Source: Thermococcus sp. JdFR-02 | GTDB taxonomy: Archaea; Methanobacteriota_B; Thermococci; Thermococcales; Thermococcaceae | Assembly: GCA_002009975.1 (NCBI GenBank) | Contig: MTLP01000022.1 | Span: forward strand, 1 to 64,000 | Length of the DNA stretch: 64,000 nt | Direction: 5' to 3' | Shown: piece by piece, positions 29,173-37,852 of the stretch | Numbering within the stretch: position 1 is the stretch's first letter | Layout: every line of letters begins with the position of its first letter | The notes under the pieces: model-generated | The model's database searches: none | Told to the model about the DNA's origin: nothing | The model's input: only the letters and a program-made list of their open reading frames with translations | Program-made: the position numbers and the translations under genes

Positions 29173-29943
29173 GTGATTAAAATGGATGCTAAACAAAGTT
29201 CCGAAAAGGATAAAAACTTTGAAAATTGGCTCGCTCTTCTCGTTAGATTCTACTTCATTGCAATAATATTCGGATTTTTAACAACAGTGTATGGCATTAT
29301 CTCTGGAAATGTATGGGAAAAACTCGGGAATTTGATGATCATGACTACTAGCGTTGCTATTACTGTTATAATGGTGTATTTTATTGCTCTCCAGACAAAA
29401 GCTACTAGAGAAATGGCTGAAAAAACTTCAGCCCAAGTTCAACTAACTCATGATATGGTAAAACAAATGGTTCAAGAAACGGCCATCATGAATGAAACTC
29501 TTATTGAAATGAAAAAACAACGCCTGAATATTGAAGAATACAAAAACTATCTCATTGAATATCTTAGGTACCTTGTCTTAAGATTGGAAGGAAATGCAAC
29601 TAGTGGCTATCAAAACGTTGAAGAGCCCTACTTGTTTATTTCGAAGAGATACAAGGATAGGATTGGCACGTCTTCTCTTTCTCCTGCAGAAGAGGGTTTC
29701 ATACGGAGAGTTTCGAGATTCATCGAGAAGTTCCTTAAGGCGCATGGTTTAGAACCTCAGGAAATAAGGAAATACAATAATTTAATCTCTGATTACAGTA
29801 GAGGCAATAGCCAACTTTTAAAAACTATTCGGGAGAGACCTAAGGAACTTCTGGAAATTACAAAACCTATTTTTCAGATGGTCGAGGAGATGAGTGATAA
29901 AGAATTAGAAGAGGAGATTTTGAGGACCTTGGGATTTTCTTAA
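29173..29943 (+). CDS. Cargo 2-TM membrane protein (FIALQTxATR family)
   Basis: Two N-terminal TMs then coiled coil; motif shared with 32020-32865. Confidence 0.75.
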   Translation: MIKMDAKQSSEKDKNFENWLALLVRFYFIAIIFGFLTTVYGIISGNVWEKLGNLMIMTTSVAITVIMVYFIALQTKATREMAEKTSAQVQLTHDMVKQMVQETAIMNETLIEMKKQRLNIEEYKNYLIEYLRYLVLRLEGNATSGYQNVEEPYLFISKRYKDRIGTSSLSPAEEGFIRRVSRFIEKFLKAHGLEPQEIRKYNNLISDYSRGNSQLLKTIRERPKELLEITKPIFQMVEEMSDKELEEEILRTLGFS

Positions 29944-29958
29944 TTAAAATGCCATGAG

Positions 29959-30429
29959 GTGGTGTTGGTGGACAATATGGTTTGGATAACTTTTTTTCTC
30001 ACACTTCTTTCCGGTGCCATTACAGCCCTAATAGGGGTTCATACCCAACATTGGTATTCTAAAAAGAAGACTCAAGAACGAATGATTAAAGCGTTAAGAG
30101 AAGAAATTCGAACAAATATTAAACGACTAGATTACAGTATTCAGTCTTTACAGAAAAAAGAAAAAACTGATAGAGAACTAACGCCTTATTTAACTGTTTG
30201 TTATGAGACATTCATAACTCAAGCTCCTGAATTATATTATGAATTATCATCAAGGACCAATTATCTTGTTGATGAAGCCTATGCAGATCTTCAAATGCTC
30301 AATAGGTTGTATACATTAGTAAATTTGGCAGTATCATTTACTGATGAGATTCCAGAACCTGAGATTAAGTTTTTGAAGGAAGTAAAGGAAAAATTAGAAA
30401 ATGTCTTAAGTGATTTGGAAAAATTGTAA
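29959..30429 (+). CDS. Cargo single-TM protein
   Basis: N-terminal TM then helical domain; stop codon lies inside the 91-bp mcm copy. Confidence 0.7.
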   Translation: MVLVDNMVWITFFLTLLSGAITALIGVHTQHWYSKKKTQERMIKALREEIRTNIKRLDYSIQSLQKKEKTDRELTPYLTVCYETFITQAPELYYELSSRTNYLVDEAYADLQMLNRLYTLVNLAVSFTDEIPEPEIKFLKEVKEKLENVLSDLEKL

Positions 30430-30513
30430 ACAATAAAGAAATTGTGCAAAAAGATAATTTTCCAACTTTGCAAGACATGCAAATTCAAAATAAAGACTTC
30501 TCACATTTTGCAT
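30423..30513 (+). repeat. Exact 91-bp inverted copy of mcm-internal 26764-26854
   Basis: ATTGTAAACAATAAAGAAATTGTGCAAAAAG...CTCACATTTTGCAT equals reverse complement of 26764-26854. Confidence 0.95.
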
Positions 30514-31424
30514 TATCCTCTTCTTTTTACTCTAACGATGGACTCTCCAAGATGGTTGTCAAAGATTTTAACAACTGGTGTTTGGTCAAATGTTAGTGTG
30601 ACAGTGTGATAGAGTGTCATTATTTTATCGTAGAAGTCTGAATCATTTTCCAAGTATTCTATTTTTAATCCTAGTTGTTGGGCTTTTTTGCGAGTTATAT
30701 GCCTGTCATGTACTTTTGTATCTTCATGGCTTGAGAGGTATTTTGCTATTTTTCGTGCTTTTTCAGCAGCATTTTGTTCTCCTTTAAACATGTATTTTTC
30801 GAGCCATTCTTGGACAAGTTCTTTTGCCAGTTCGGTTGCATATTCACATTCTATGAGTAAACCTGGTGGATATTGCCTTAATATTGGTATCCATGCGGCT
30901 ATTGCATTTGGGTTCTCTTCACATTCCTTCTTTGCTTTTTCAAATTGTTTTTGGATTGCTTCAGCTGATACCATCTGATGACCGTTTTCTGTTGGTATAA
31001 CAAACTGTGGATCTATTGGACCTAACGAGGAGTGTGATGCCATAACTATGACATCTGCTGCGGTTGCTATCATGGTTGCAGCGGACATTGCAGCTTGTGG
31101 GATTATGACACGTATGTGGTTGTATTTTTCTCTTAAGTAATCTACAAGGGCTTCAGCAACGGTTGGTGAACCACCAGGACTATGTAGGACTAAATCTAGT
31201 TCGTCTCCTTTTAGATTTCTTGTAATTTCGATGAATCCTTCTATGTCAATATCTGTTAGTGATACTAAGTGTGGAGGATTAGTTGGATCCATCCAAGCTG
31301 TTGCATAAAGAATAGTATCCCTACCAGTGTATTCGTAGATATCTTTTAAAAGATTCTGCCTGAAATGGTCATAAGGGTTAGGAAAATCTTCTATAGCGTT
31401 TAGAACGTCGTGCCAATTCACCAA
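30513..31424 (-). CDS. ClpP/S49-like serine protease (SDH_sah family), cargo
   Basis: LHSPGG, AMSAATMIA, SSLGPIDPQ, HDRHI. Confidence 0.85.
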   Translation of the reverse strand: MVNWHDVLNAIEDFPNPYDHFRQNLLKDIYEYTGRDTILYATAWMDPTNPPHLVSLTDIDIEGFIEITRNLKGDELDLVLHSPGGSPTVAEALVDYLREKYNHIRVIIPQAAMSAATMIATAADVIVMASHSSLGPIDPQFVIPTENGHQMVSAEAIQKQFEKAKKECEENPNAIAAWIPILRQYPPGLLIECEYATELAKELVQEWLEKYMFKGEQNAAEKARKIAKYLSSHEDTKVHDRHITRKKAQQLGLKIEYLENDSDFYDKIMTLYHTVTLTFDQTPVVKIFDNHLGESIVRVKRRG

Positions 31425-31437
31425 AAGGCTCCCACCT

Positions 31438-31626
31438 TCAAATTGATCTTGAACGTAGAATATAGTTTTTCTTTGCTTTATGTCTTGTTTTCCTACGTAA
31501 GTTTAGGTAGAAGTTATCTATTCTCTCAAGTCTTTCATAGAGTGTTATAGTGTTATATAAGCGTGTATTATCTCTTGATCTTTTTATAAGTTCTTCAAAC
31601 TCAATCTGTATTTTTAATTCTGCCAA
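31438..31626 (-). CDS. Small basic protein upstream of the protease
   Basis: GGGTGA RBS and upstream AAAAAATTTTATAAA promoter; TTG start. Confidence 0.55.
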   Translation of the reverse strand: MAELKIQIEFEELIKRSRDNTRLYNTITLYERLERIDNFYLNLRRKTRHKAKKNYILRSRSI

Positions 31627-31744
31627 TCTTCTTCACCCAATAAAGAGTTAGTATCAATTTTATAAAATTTTTTCTACATGCTATATACTATAATAGTGGA
31701 TATTATATAACGAAAACTTCATCTTTTAGGGCAAAGAGATCTTG

Positions 31745-31923
31745 TTCATCACAATCCAAGAGCTTGAGGATATAATACATATAAAAATTTGGAAAAAATA
31801 ATTTTTCCAAGTATTTCCGCAACGGAAATAGAAAAAGAAGCAAGGGAATCTTTTCCAATTGAAATGGAAAACAATGGAAAAATGGAAATCCAATTGGAAA
31901 AGAATGGAAAAGAGTTTGAAATA
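31745..31923 (+). repeat. Non-coding variant of the mcm iteron region with TGGAAA repeats
   Basis: Homologous to reverse complement of 26699-26881; core 31862-31923 matches 52/62 nt ungapped by hand count; in-frame stops, no ORF. Confidence 0.85.
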
Positions 31924-32019
31924 TATATCATAACAATCAAAAGCTAAAACCCTATTTATAACTTAAAGCGCAGTTACTGTTATTAATTAAAGAAAACAAA
32001 AAAAGATTGGTGGGAGGAG

Positions 32020-32865
32020 ATGCACAGAGAGTATACTTATTTCCGTACATTAATACTCCTTCTGCTATTGATAGTTGTTCTTGCTGTGATTATAGGAGTT
32101 ATACTCAAGCAATATCCTACTGCCGGAATTTATCTAAGTGCAACAGGTACCATAACAACAATATTAATGATCATATTCATAGCACTTCAAACTGAGGCTA
32201 CTAGGAAATCTGTTGAGGAGATTAGAAAAGACAGGCTCATGCCCGTTATGAAAAAAGTAATTGGTGCTCTTGGCATAACTAAAAAATTAATTATAGAAAA
32301 TAAGAATAATCTTAATGAGGGAAACTATTCTATTTATTTAATATCTCCTACGGTATCTACTACGGCACCAACCAAAATATTGAAGGATACCCTTCTCACA
32401 ATGGGTGAGGATTATATTGCAACTGTTAAAGCAAATGATTTACTAAAAGAATACGGAGTGGATATAGATAATTATAATAGAGAGATTGTTAATTTGATGA
32501 GTATTCTTAGAGAAATAGAATCGGTATTGTTAAGCGATAAAATTCTTCAGATCAAGTTACTGAAAATCCTCAAGAAATGGGAATTAAAAACAAACATTAC
32601 GGCTCCAAAACTTGAGACAATAATTAATAATTTTAGCAAACATGACTTTAATAGGAAATGGACTAGTGGGACTCCATATGAAAAATATCTAGAGTTATGG
32701 AGAGAATTAAAAGATTTCTTTAACAAGTACTCTGAAGAGAATGAAGAATTGAGAAAACTTCTTAAAAAACGACAAAAATATGTTGGAAGAATAATGGAGC
32801 ATTCTGATGAACTCATTGAGAAAATAGGCAAGATAGTAGAGGATATAAGCCGTGATGTCTTGTAA
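32020..32865 (+). CDS. Cargo 2-TM membrane protein (FIALQTxATR family)
   Basis: Two N-terminal TMs, FIALQTEATR; GGGAGGAG RBS; TATA at ~31953. Confidence 0.75.
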   Translation: MHREYTYFRTLILLLLLIVVLAVIIGVILKQYPTAGIYLSATGTITTILMIIFIALQTEATRKSVEEIRKDRLMPVMKKVIGALGITKKLIIENKNNLNEGNYSIYLISPTVSTTAPTKILKDTLLTMGEDYIATVKANDLLKEYGVDIDNYNREIVNLMSILREIESVLLSDKILQIKLLKILKKWELKTNITAPKLETIINNFSKHDFNRKWTSGTPYEKYLELWRELKDFFNKYSEENEELRKLLKKRQKYVGRIMEHSDELIEKIGKIVEDISRDVL

Positions 32866-32936
32866 CAGATTATAATATCACCATTTTTCCCTTGTTTCAT
32901 CTTTGAATCTTCTTTTGGATCATAACATCACCTCCA

Positions 32937-35006
32937 TCACGTTTCACGTGAGTAGTTATAGAATAGGTCCCACAGTGTCCAAGCTACTAAAAACACAAAG
33001 AGAACGAATGTTACTCCGCTGTTGGTTAGGTTTGGTTTTTCTCTGAGAATGCCAAGCCACATTGCTTGCATTATTAGTGCAGCACCAATGCCGGAGAGGG
33101 GATTTTGGGTTTGCCAGAGGACCACGATTGTTATCACGAAAATAAATCCTTGTGGGAGTATTAGCTTGATCATGCTGTCTGCTTTGATTGCGTTCACTAC
33201 AGTATCTCCAAAACTTCCGCCTGAGTCTAAAAATGCTTTTGCATATTCATTTATTGGTACTATTGCTTGTGAAAGGTTTTCTGGAATTGTGGGCTTGATT
33301 TCTGGAATTGTACTTGTTGTCTCATTTCCTTGCGGCTCAAGGTAAACGCTTATTGTTAAATCGCTTGTTAGTTCGATGTTTAGTGTTCTGTTTTCATAAT
33401 TTTCTTTTGAGAATGTGAGCGTATAATTTCCCTCAACTAATTGTAGACTTTCTCCAGAATTGAGATAGTTTGTTTCGTTGTTTACAGTGACGCTAACGTT
33501 GTTTAGCATGGTATTATTTGAGGCATCATAAAAATACAGTGTTATTAGTTTTACGTTGTCAAGCATTATATTAGTGAAATTCACTATTATCCCGTTTGCA
33601 TTAATGAGTTTCTGCAATGTAACGCTTTTGTAAAGCTCTTTTTCGAATCTAAAGACATACGTGCCATATTTAACTAAAGCACTATCACCGCTGTTAAAAG
33701 TTCCTAAGAGGGAATTATTCGCATAAACTGTAAAATTATTAATTAGCTGATTATTCACGTCATAAGCATAGAAATAAACCGTATAGCTTTGTCTATCTAA
33801 CGTTAGAGTTAGAGTAGTGTCGCTTTGAACGTCTAAAGTTTGCTGAGCATCAACATAATACTGCTTTTGAGCTAAAAACGTATGAGTGCCTGCAGGTATT
33901 ATAACACTATCACCGCTGTTAAAAGTTCCGTAAAAAGTATTATCTATGTAAACATCCACGCCATTGAGAGTATTCCCTAAATCGTCTTTGAAATCAAAAG
34001 TTACTGTAACAGGATTATTCACTTCTTCGGCTCCTATCGTAGTAGAGGGTTCTTGGTCGGTGTATTTGCGGACAAACACGTAATCCATTTGATAATGTTC
34101 TCCAAACTGGAAAAACGTTATCCTCCACCCTTGCACATTCACAGTTGTGGCGTATGAAGTTGTCCACGTTTGTCCACCATATGTTACTTTTCCAATCACT
34201 TCACTACTCTTTAACGTTGTTTCAATTGTGAAAATATCCCCATTTGCTGGTTGAAATGTTGATATTGTATTATAAATGGTATTATCAACTCTCACATTAA
34301 AATCCGCTGAAACTACCTTCTTGTTTGCTCCAATGTTGTATGTTTGATAGCTGTCAGGTGCCGCTCCTACAAAAATACTACCTGCATTAGGATAGTTTGA
34401 CACATGCTTAACTTTTGCTTTTATTATATAGCCATCCGTATTTGGAAATGTCCAGACACTTCTGAAATAATTCCAACCTGTTGAACTATCATAATCAATA
34501 TCCACCCAACTATTTGAGACAGTTGGAGCAGCATCAAGGTTGTACCATTCCCATTTCGTGTTATCAAACGTATTAAAATCATCAAAAAACTCAAAAACTG
34601 CATTCCCATCACTTGCATCTGTCGCTTGTGAGTTCCCATAGTAAAGATAAATTGTAGTGCTTCCTCCTGCTAGAATTGAGGGCACTTTAACCCAAATTAT
34701 AGCTTGTTGGTTTGTAGCATCCCAAGACTCTATATAATAGTTTAAGGGATTTCCTTGTGCGTCTGCAAATCTTATATCACTTCCATCAGCGTTTACTTTG
34801 TTCCAACTGTCAAAGTTTGTTGAATCTAGAGTTACCTTTACTTGAAAATCTGTTAAATCATACGCGTTATTATTTGTAATTGTTATCTCTCTCCTATAAA
34901 GCCAATTACTATAAACACTCGCCCAAGGATCGTTAGTGTTTGCTTGAATTAATGGGATTAAGCTTGATAACACTAAAAACAAGATAAGAAGTGAGAGCTT
35001 GCGCAT
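32937..35006 (-). CDS. Virion adhesin candidate: signal peptide, DUF2341, lectin-like, PEGA/Ig-like repeats, C-terminal TMs
   Basis: WLYRREITI, DGSDIRF, IWVKVP, IYLYYGN, FEFFDDF; GTFNSGDS repeats; many N-x-S/T sequons. Confidence 0.8.
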   Translation of the reverse strand: MRKLSLLILFLVLSSLIPLIQANTNDPWASVYSNWLYRREITITNNNAYDLTDFQVKVTLDSTNFDSWNKVNADGSDIRFADAQGNPLNYYIESWDATNQQAIIWVKVPSILAGGSTTIYLYYGNSQATDASDGNAVFEFFDDFNTFDNTKWEWYNLDAAPTVSNSWVDIDYDSSTGWNYFRSVWTFPNTDGYIIKAKVKHVSNYPNAGSIFVGAAPDSYQTYNIGANKKVVSADFNVRVDNTIYNTISTFQPANGDIFTIETTLKSSEVIGKVTYGGQTWTTSYATTVNVQGWRITFFQFGEHYQMDYVFVRKYTDQEPSTTIGAEEVNNPVTVTFDFKDDLGNTLNGVDVYIDNTFYGTFNSGDSVIIPAGTHTFLAQKQYYVDAQQTLDVQSDTTLTLTLDRQSYTVYFYAYDVNNQLINNFTVYANNSLLGTFNSGDSALVKYGTYVFRFEKELYKSVTLQKLINANGIIVNFTNIMLDNVKLITLYFYDASNNTMLNNVSVTVNNETNYLNSGESLQLVEGNYTLTFSKENYENRTLNIELTSDLTISVYLEPQGNETTSTIPEIKPTIPENLSQAIVPINEYAKAFLDSGGSFGDTVVNAIKADSMIKLILPQGFIFVITIVVLWQTQNPLSGIGAALIMQAMWLGILREKPNLTNSGVTFVLFVFLVAWTLWDLFYNYSRET

Positions 35007-35012
35007 GAGTTA

Positions 35013-35168
35013 TCACCTCAGTACACCAATTTTTGTAAGAATTTTCTCTATTCTACTAACACTCTTCAAAATTTCTTCATTGTTATGTGCAAGTTTTTTG
35101 ATTCTTTTAAGCTCGAACTCGAGTGCAATTTTTTGAGTTTCGTCAATTCTCCTAACAATTGGTAGCAT
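35013..35168 (-). CDS. 51-aa coiled-coil-like viral protein (not in track)
   Basis: MLPIVRRIDETQKIALEFELKRIKKLAHNNEEILKSVSRIEKILTKIGVLR; TAAATG coupling; fills the gap. Confidence 0.7.
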   Translation of the reverse strand: MLPIVRRIDETQKIALEFELKRIKKLAHNNEEILKSVSRIEKILTKIGVLR

Positions 35169-35516
35169 TTATAACAACCTCCCCCATGCTATTGAGATCA
35201 TTACAATTATGTAACTCAAGTATGTGATTACTCTAAGAGCCCAAGCCCATGTCTCATCTACTCCAAGAGCTCGCCAGAGGTGATAGTTACCTCCAATGAT
35301 ATTAGAGAGAAGTGTTTTTACAACATCATATGCTCCCCAAGGTGTGGGTGTGTCTGGATTGATATTCTCAATTTTCTCAAGTGTTTGTTGCAGCTCTGGT
35401 TGCTCGTTTAGGTTGATATAAGAAAAGTCTGGATATACTGATCCAACTATGGCAATTGCAATGTTTAATATAAATATAAAATACATGAAGTTTAATCCAG
35501 CATTTGTTAATCCCAT
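35169..35516 (-). CDS. Viral membrane protein (minor structural candidate)
   Basis: N- and C-terminal TMs; GAGGTGA RBS. Confidence 0.75.
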   Translation of the reverse strand: MGLTNAGLNFMYFIFILNIAIAIVGSVYPDFSYINLNEQPELQQTLEKIENINPDTPTPWGAYDVVKTLLSNIIGGNYHLWRALGVDETWAWALRVITYLSYIIVMISIAWGRLL

Positions 35517-35520
35517 TTTC

Positions 35521-37557
35521 TCACCTCGATTCTCCTCTATATATTATCAAGCTAAGGATCGAAATTCCCATGAGGCTTGAGAGTAGCCATGCTGGAGTGT
35601 CAATTATTCCAGAAATCTTCCCAATTCCAAGAATAAACGTGGCGATAAGTGGAGAAATGAATTTAAATCGTGCTGGTGCTATTAAAAGTCCACCGATGCC
35701 AAAAATTCCTATAAGTGCAGCAACTGGAAATACGGTGTTAGAAGTTTTCGATGTTCCTAACGCTTCATTTACCCAAACTCCCCAAGTTTTCTCAAACCCA
35801 TTATCTCCTTTTATTTCAATGTATGCAAAATCAGCATCTTCTGGAGGGATAAATGAACCTATATAATATCTTGAGTATTCGGTAATGTTGTAAGTTGTAA
35901 TTGTTTGTCCTTGCCTTGAGAATGTTATTTTTAGATTAAAGTAGTTTGTTGCATTTAAATCGTCAACAAACTCAATTTTAACAACTTTTGATTCTGCATC
36001 CCACCAAGCATCAGCATAAAGCCCACCTCTTTCTTCTATGGATGAGCTTAGTAATATTGTGATACCTTCTCCACTAAAAGTGAACCATGCTGCTGCTCTT
36101 GTAATGTTGTTTGAATCTGTGAATTTAATGTAATATTTTCCTCCAAGGACACCAAGAACCGTATTTGTTGATTTTGCAGTATCAGCATAGACTATCTGTC
36201 CTTTAGTATTTTTGATTGTTAGAGTTCCTGCTTCAACTGGAATTATTGAAATGCTTTCAATTACTCCGCTTGCATCAGAGGAAAGAAATGCAATATCTGA
36301 TTCTAAAGCGTTAACAATGTAAATTGAGCTTACACCTCCAGCGCTTAAAACTACTTTATATGTACCATTAGGAGCATCGTAAATCTTGTTTGAGCCGTAC
36401 CAGTCATAGTAAGCTAGTAACGTATCATTTGCATCATAAAAGCTAACTGTCGTTGGAACTGGAAGGTGAGTTCCACCATCTGGATAGACCTTGTAGATAG
36501 TGCCATTTATGTTTATGCTGAAGCTTTCTGTTCCTTCAATGTTTAGGATGTAATCCTCACTTATGAATGAATTAAAAACAACCAATTCATCTATAATTGT
36601 ACCTGTTGTGTTTGAGATGTCTCCAATTTTTGAGAGTGTGAAGTTTCCTTGCCAGTTAAATCGTATGATGCTTTGATTTAGAATAATGTATCCATATCCT
36701 GCTTTCCATCCAAATGCTGCCTGAACATAAGCTCCAATTGTTGGTGTTATTCCGTCTAAAATGTATGTATTACCATTGCTATCCTGGACATAAAGATACC
36801 CATTTGAGTTTATTCCTAAGTTGTCAAGAATTCTAATGTCTTTTGTGCCATCCCACTTAAGCCAGAACTTTAAAGCTCCCTCTGTAAGATTGTATATTTG
36901 ATTCAAGTAAATCTCGGTTCTATTGAGGAGAAAGCCTTGGATAGTGTTATCAGCACCAGGTGGAATATATTTCAGCTCTGTAAGTTTTGATTTTATTCCA
37001 ACATTGTCATTGGTGAAGTAGATATACATTGCATCAAATGTTGTATAGAAGTCACCTTGAGCAAGTGTTCCTGATCTGTATGCTTCAATTGTAATTGTAA
37101 AGGAACTGCCATAAATATCGAATAATTGTTGGATATCCTCATGATATTCGGTGTATTGAGATCCTTCGTTTATTTGATCACTTACTCCGGTCCATACAAC
37201 ATTGCCGTTCACTTTGACTCTGATATTGTATGTTACTCCCTCAAGAGTTCCATCACTATCATCTACCAGATAAGCATGCCACTTTAATCTAAATCCTGCG
37301 AGATATTTCTGATCTCCCAAATCAACATATATTGTTTTCAAGACTTTCCAGGATCCACTTTCATCCACTGTATGTGTTATTGATATGGTTGTGTTATCAC
37401 TTGTAAGTGTGAAGCCTTCAAAGCTCAAATATTCAATCTGTTCTGCTCTAACTTTTTGTGTAATTAATGAGAGTGAAATGAGAAAAATGAAAAATAAAGA
37501 TAAAGATTTGTACATTGTTCTCACCTCACATGACTTTTCTTTGTTGACTCTCTGCAT
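35521..37557 (-). CDS. Virion protein with LamG/concanavalin-A-like domain and C-terminal TMs (probable start ATG at 37515)
   Basis: GALKFWLKW...GTIIDELVVFN LamG-like motif; signal peptide after MYK; three C-terminal TMs. Confidence 0.7.
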   Translation of the reverse strand: MQRVNKEKSCEVRTMYKSLSLFFIFLISLSLITQKVRAEQIEYLSFEGFTLTSDNTTISITHTVDESGSWKVLKTIYVDLGDQKYLAGFRLKWHAYLVDDSDGTLEGVTYNIRVKVNGNVVWTGVSDQINEGSQYTEYHEDIQQLFDIYGSSFTITIEAYRSGTLAQGDFYTTFDAMYIYFTNDNVGIKSKLTELKYIPPGADNTIQGFLLNRTEIYLNQIYNLTEGALKFWLKWDGTKDIRILDNLGINSNGYLYVQDSNGNTYILDGITPTIGAYVQAAFGWKAGYGYIILNQSIIRFNWQGNFTLSKIGDISNTTGTIIDELVVFNSFISEDYILNIEGTESFSININGTIYKVYPDGGTHLPVPTTVSFYDANDTLLAYYDWYGSNKIYDAPNGTYKVVLSAGGVSSIYIVNALESDIAFLSSDASGVIESISIIPVEAGTLTIKNTKGQIVYADTAKSTNTVLGVLGGKYYIKFTDSNNITRAAAWFTFSGEGITILLSSSIEERGGLYADAWWDAESKVVKIEFVDDLNATNYFNLKITFSRQGQTITTYNITEYSRYYIGSFIPPEDADFAYIEIKGDNGFEKTWGVWVNEALGTSKTSNTVFPVAALIGIFGIGGLLIAPARFKFISPLIATFILGIGKISGIIDTPAWLLSSLMGISILSLIIYRGESR

Positions 37558-37852
37558 AGAATGCTGCTACCAATATTGCAATGAATGTTCCGAAAATCAG
37601 CACTAAAGGTGTCTGGTGCCAGAGAGTGAGAAAATAGCTAACTAAAGGAGCTGTCAATGGATTAGCCATTGCAACATCAATGATTGGAATCTTAATTAAC
37701 CCAAGAACTACTGAGAGCACTGAAAATACAAAGATTATTATAAAGATAAAGATCAAACCAAGAAATGATTCTCTAAAATAGCCCACGCTTACCCCTCCTG
37801 CTTTTTTTAGGAGAAGGTAAAATTGTTGATGGCTTAAACTTTGGAAGAACAA
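37526..37852 (-). CDS. Viral membrane protein
   Basis: Two hydrophobic helices. Confidence 0.7.
   Translation of the reverse strand: MFFQSLSHQQFYLLLKKAGGVSVGYFRESFLGLIFIFIIIFVFSVLSVVLGLIKIPIIDVAMANPLTAPLVSYFLTLWHQTPLVLIFGTFIAILVAAFYAESQQRKVM

Noticed and set aside
26699-31923. Repeats read as a CRISPR or mini-array
   Set aside because: Units are 6-10 bp without unique spacers; no cas genes in the window.
26699-31923. TR/VR pair of a diversity-generating retroelement
   Set aside because: No reverse transcriptase; differences are concerted C/G swaps, not adenine-specific.
31749-31940. 63-aa minus-strand ORF (and 30291-30488)
   Set aside because: Antisense translations of the iteron copies; low complexity and no RBS.
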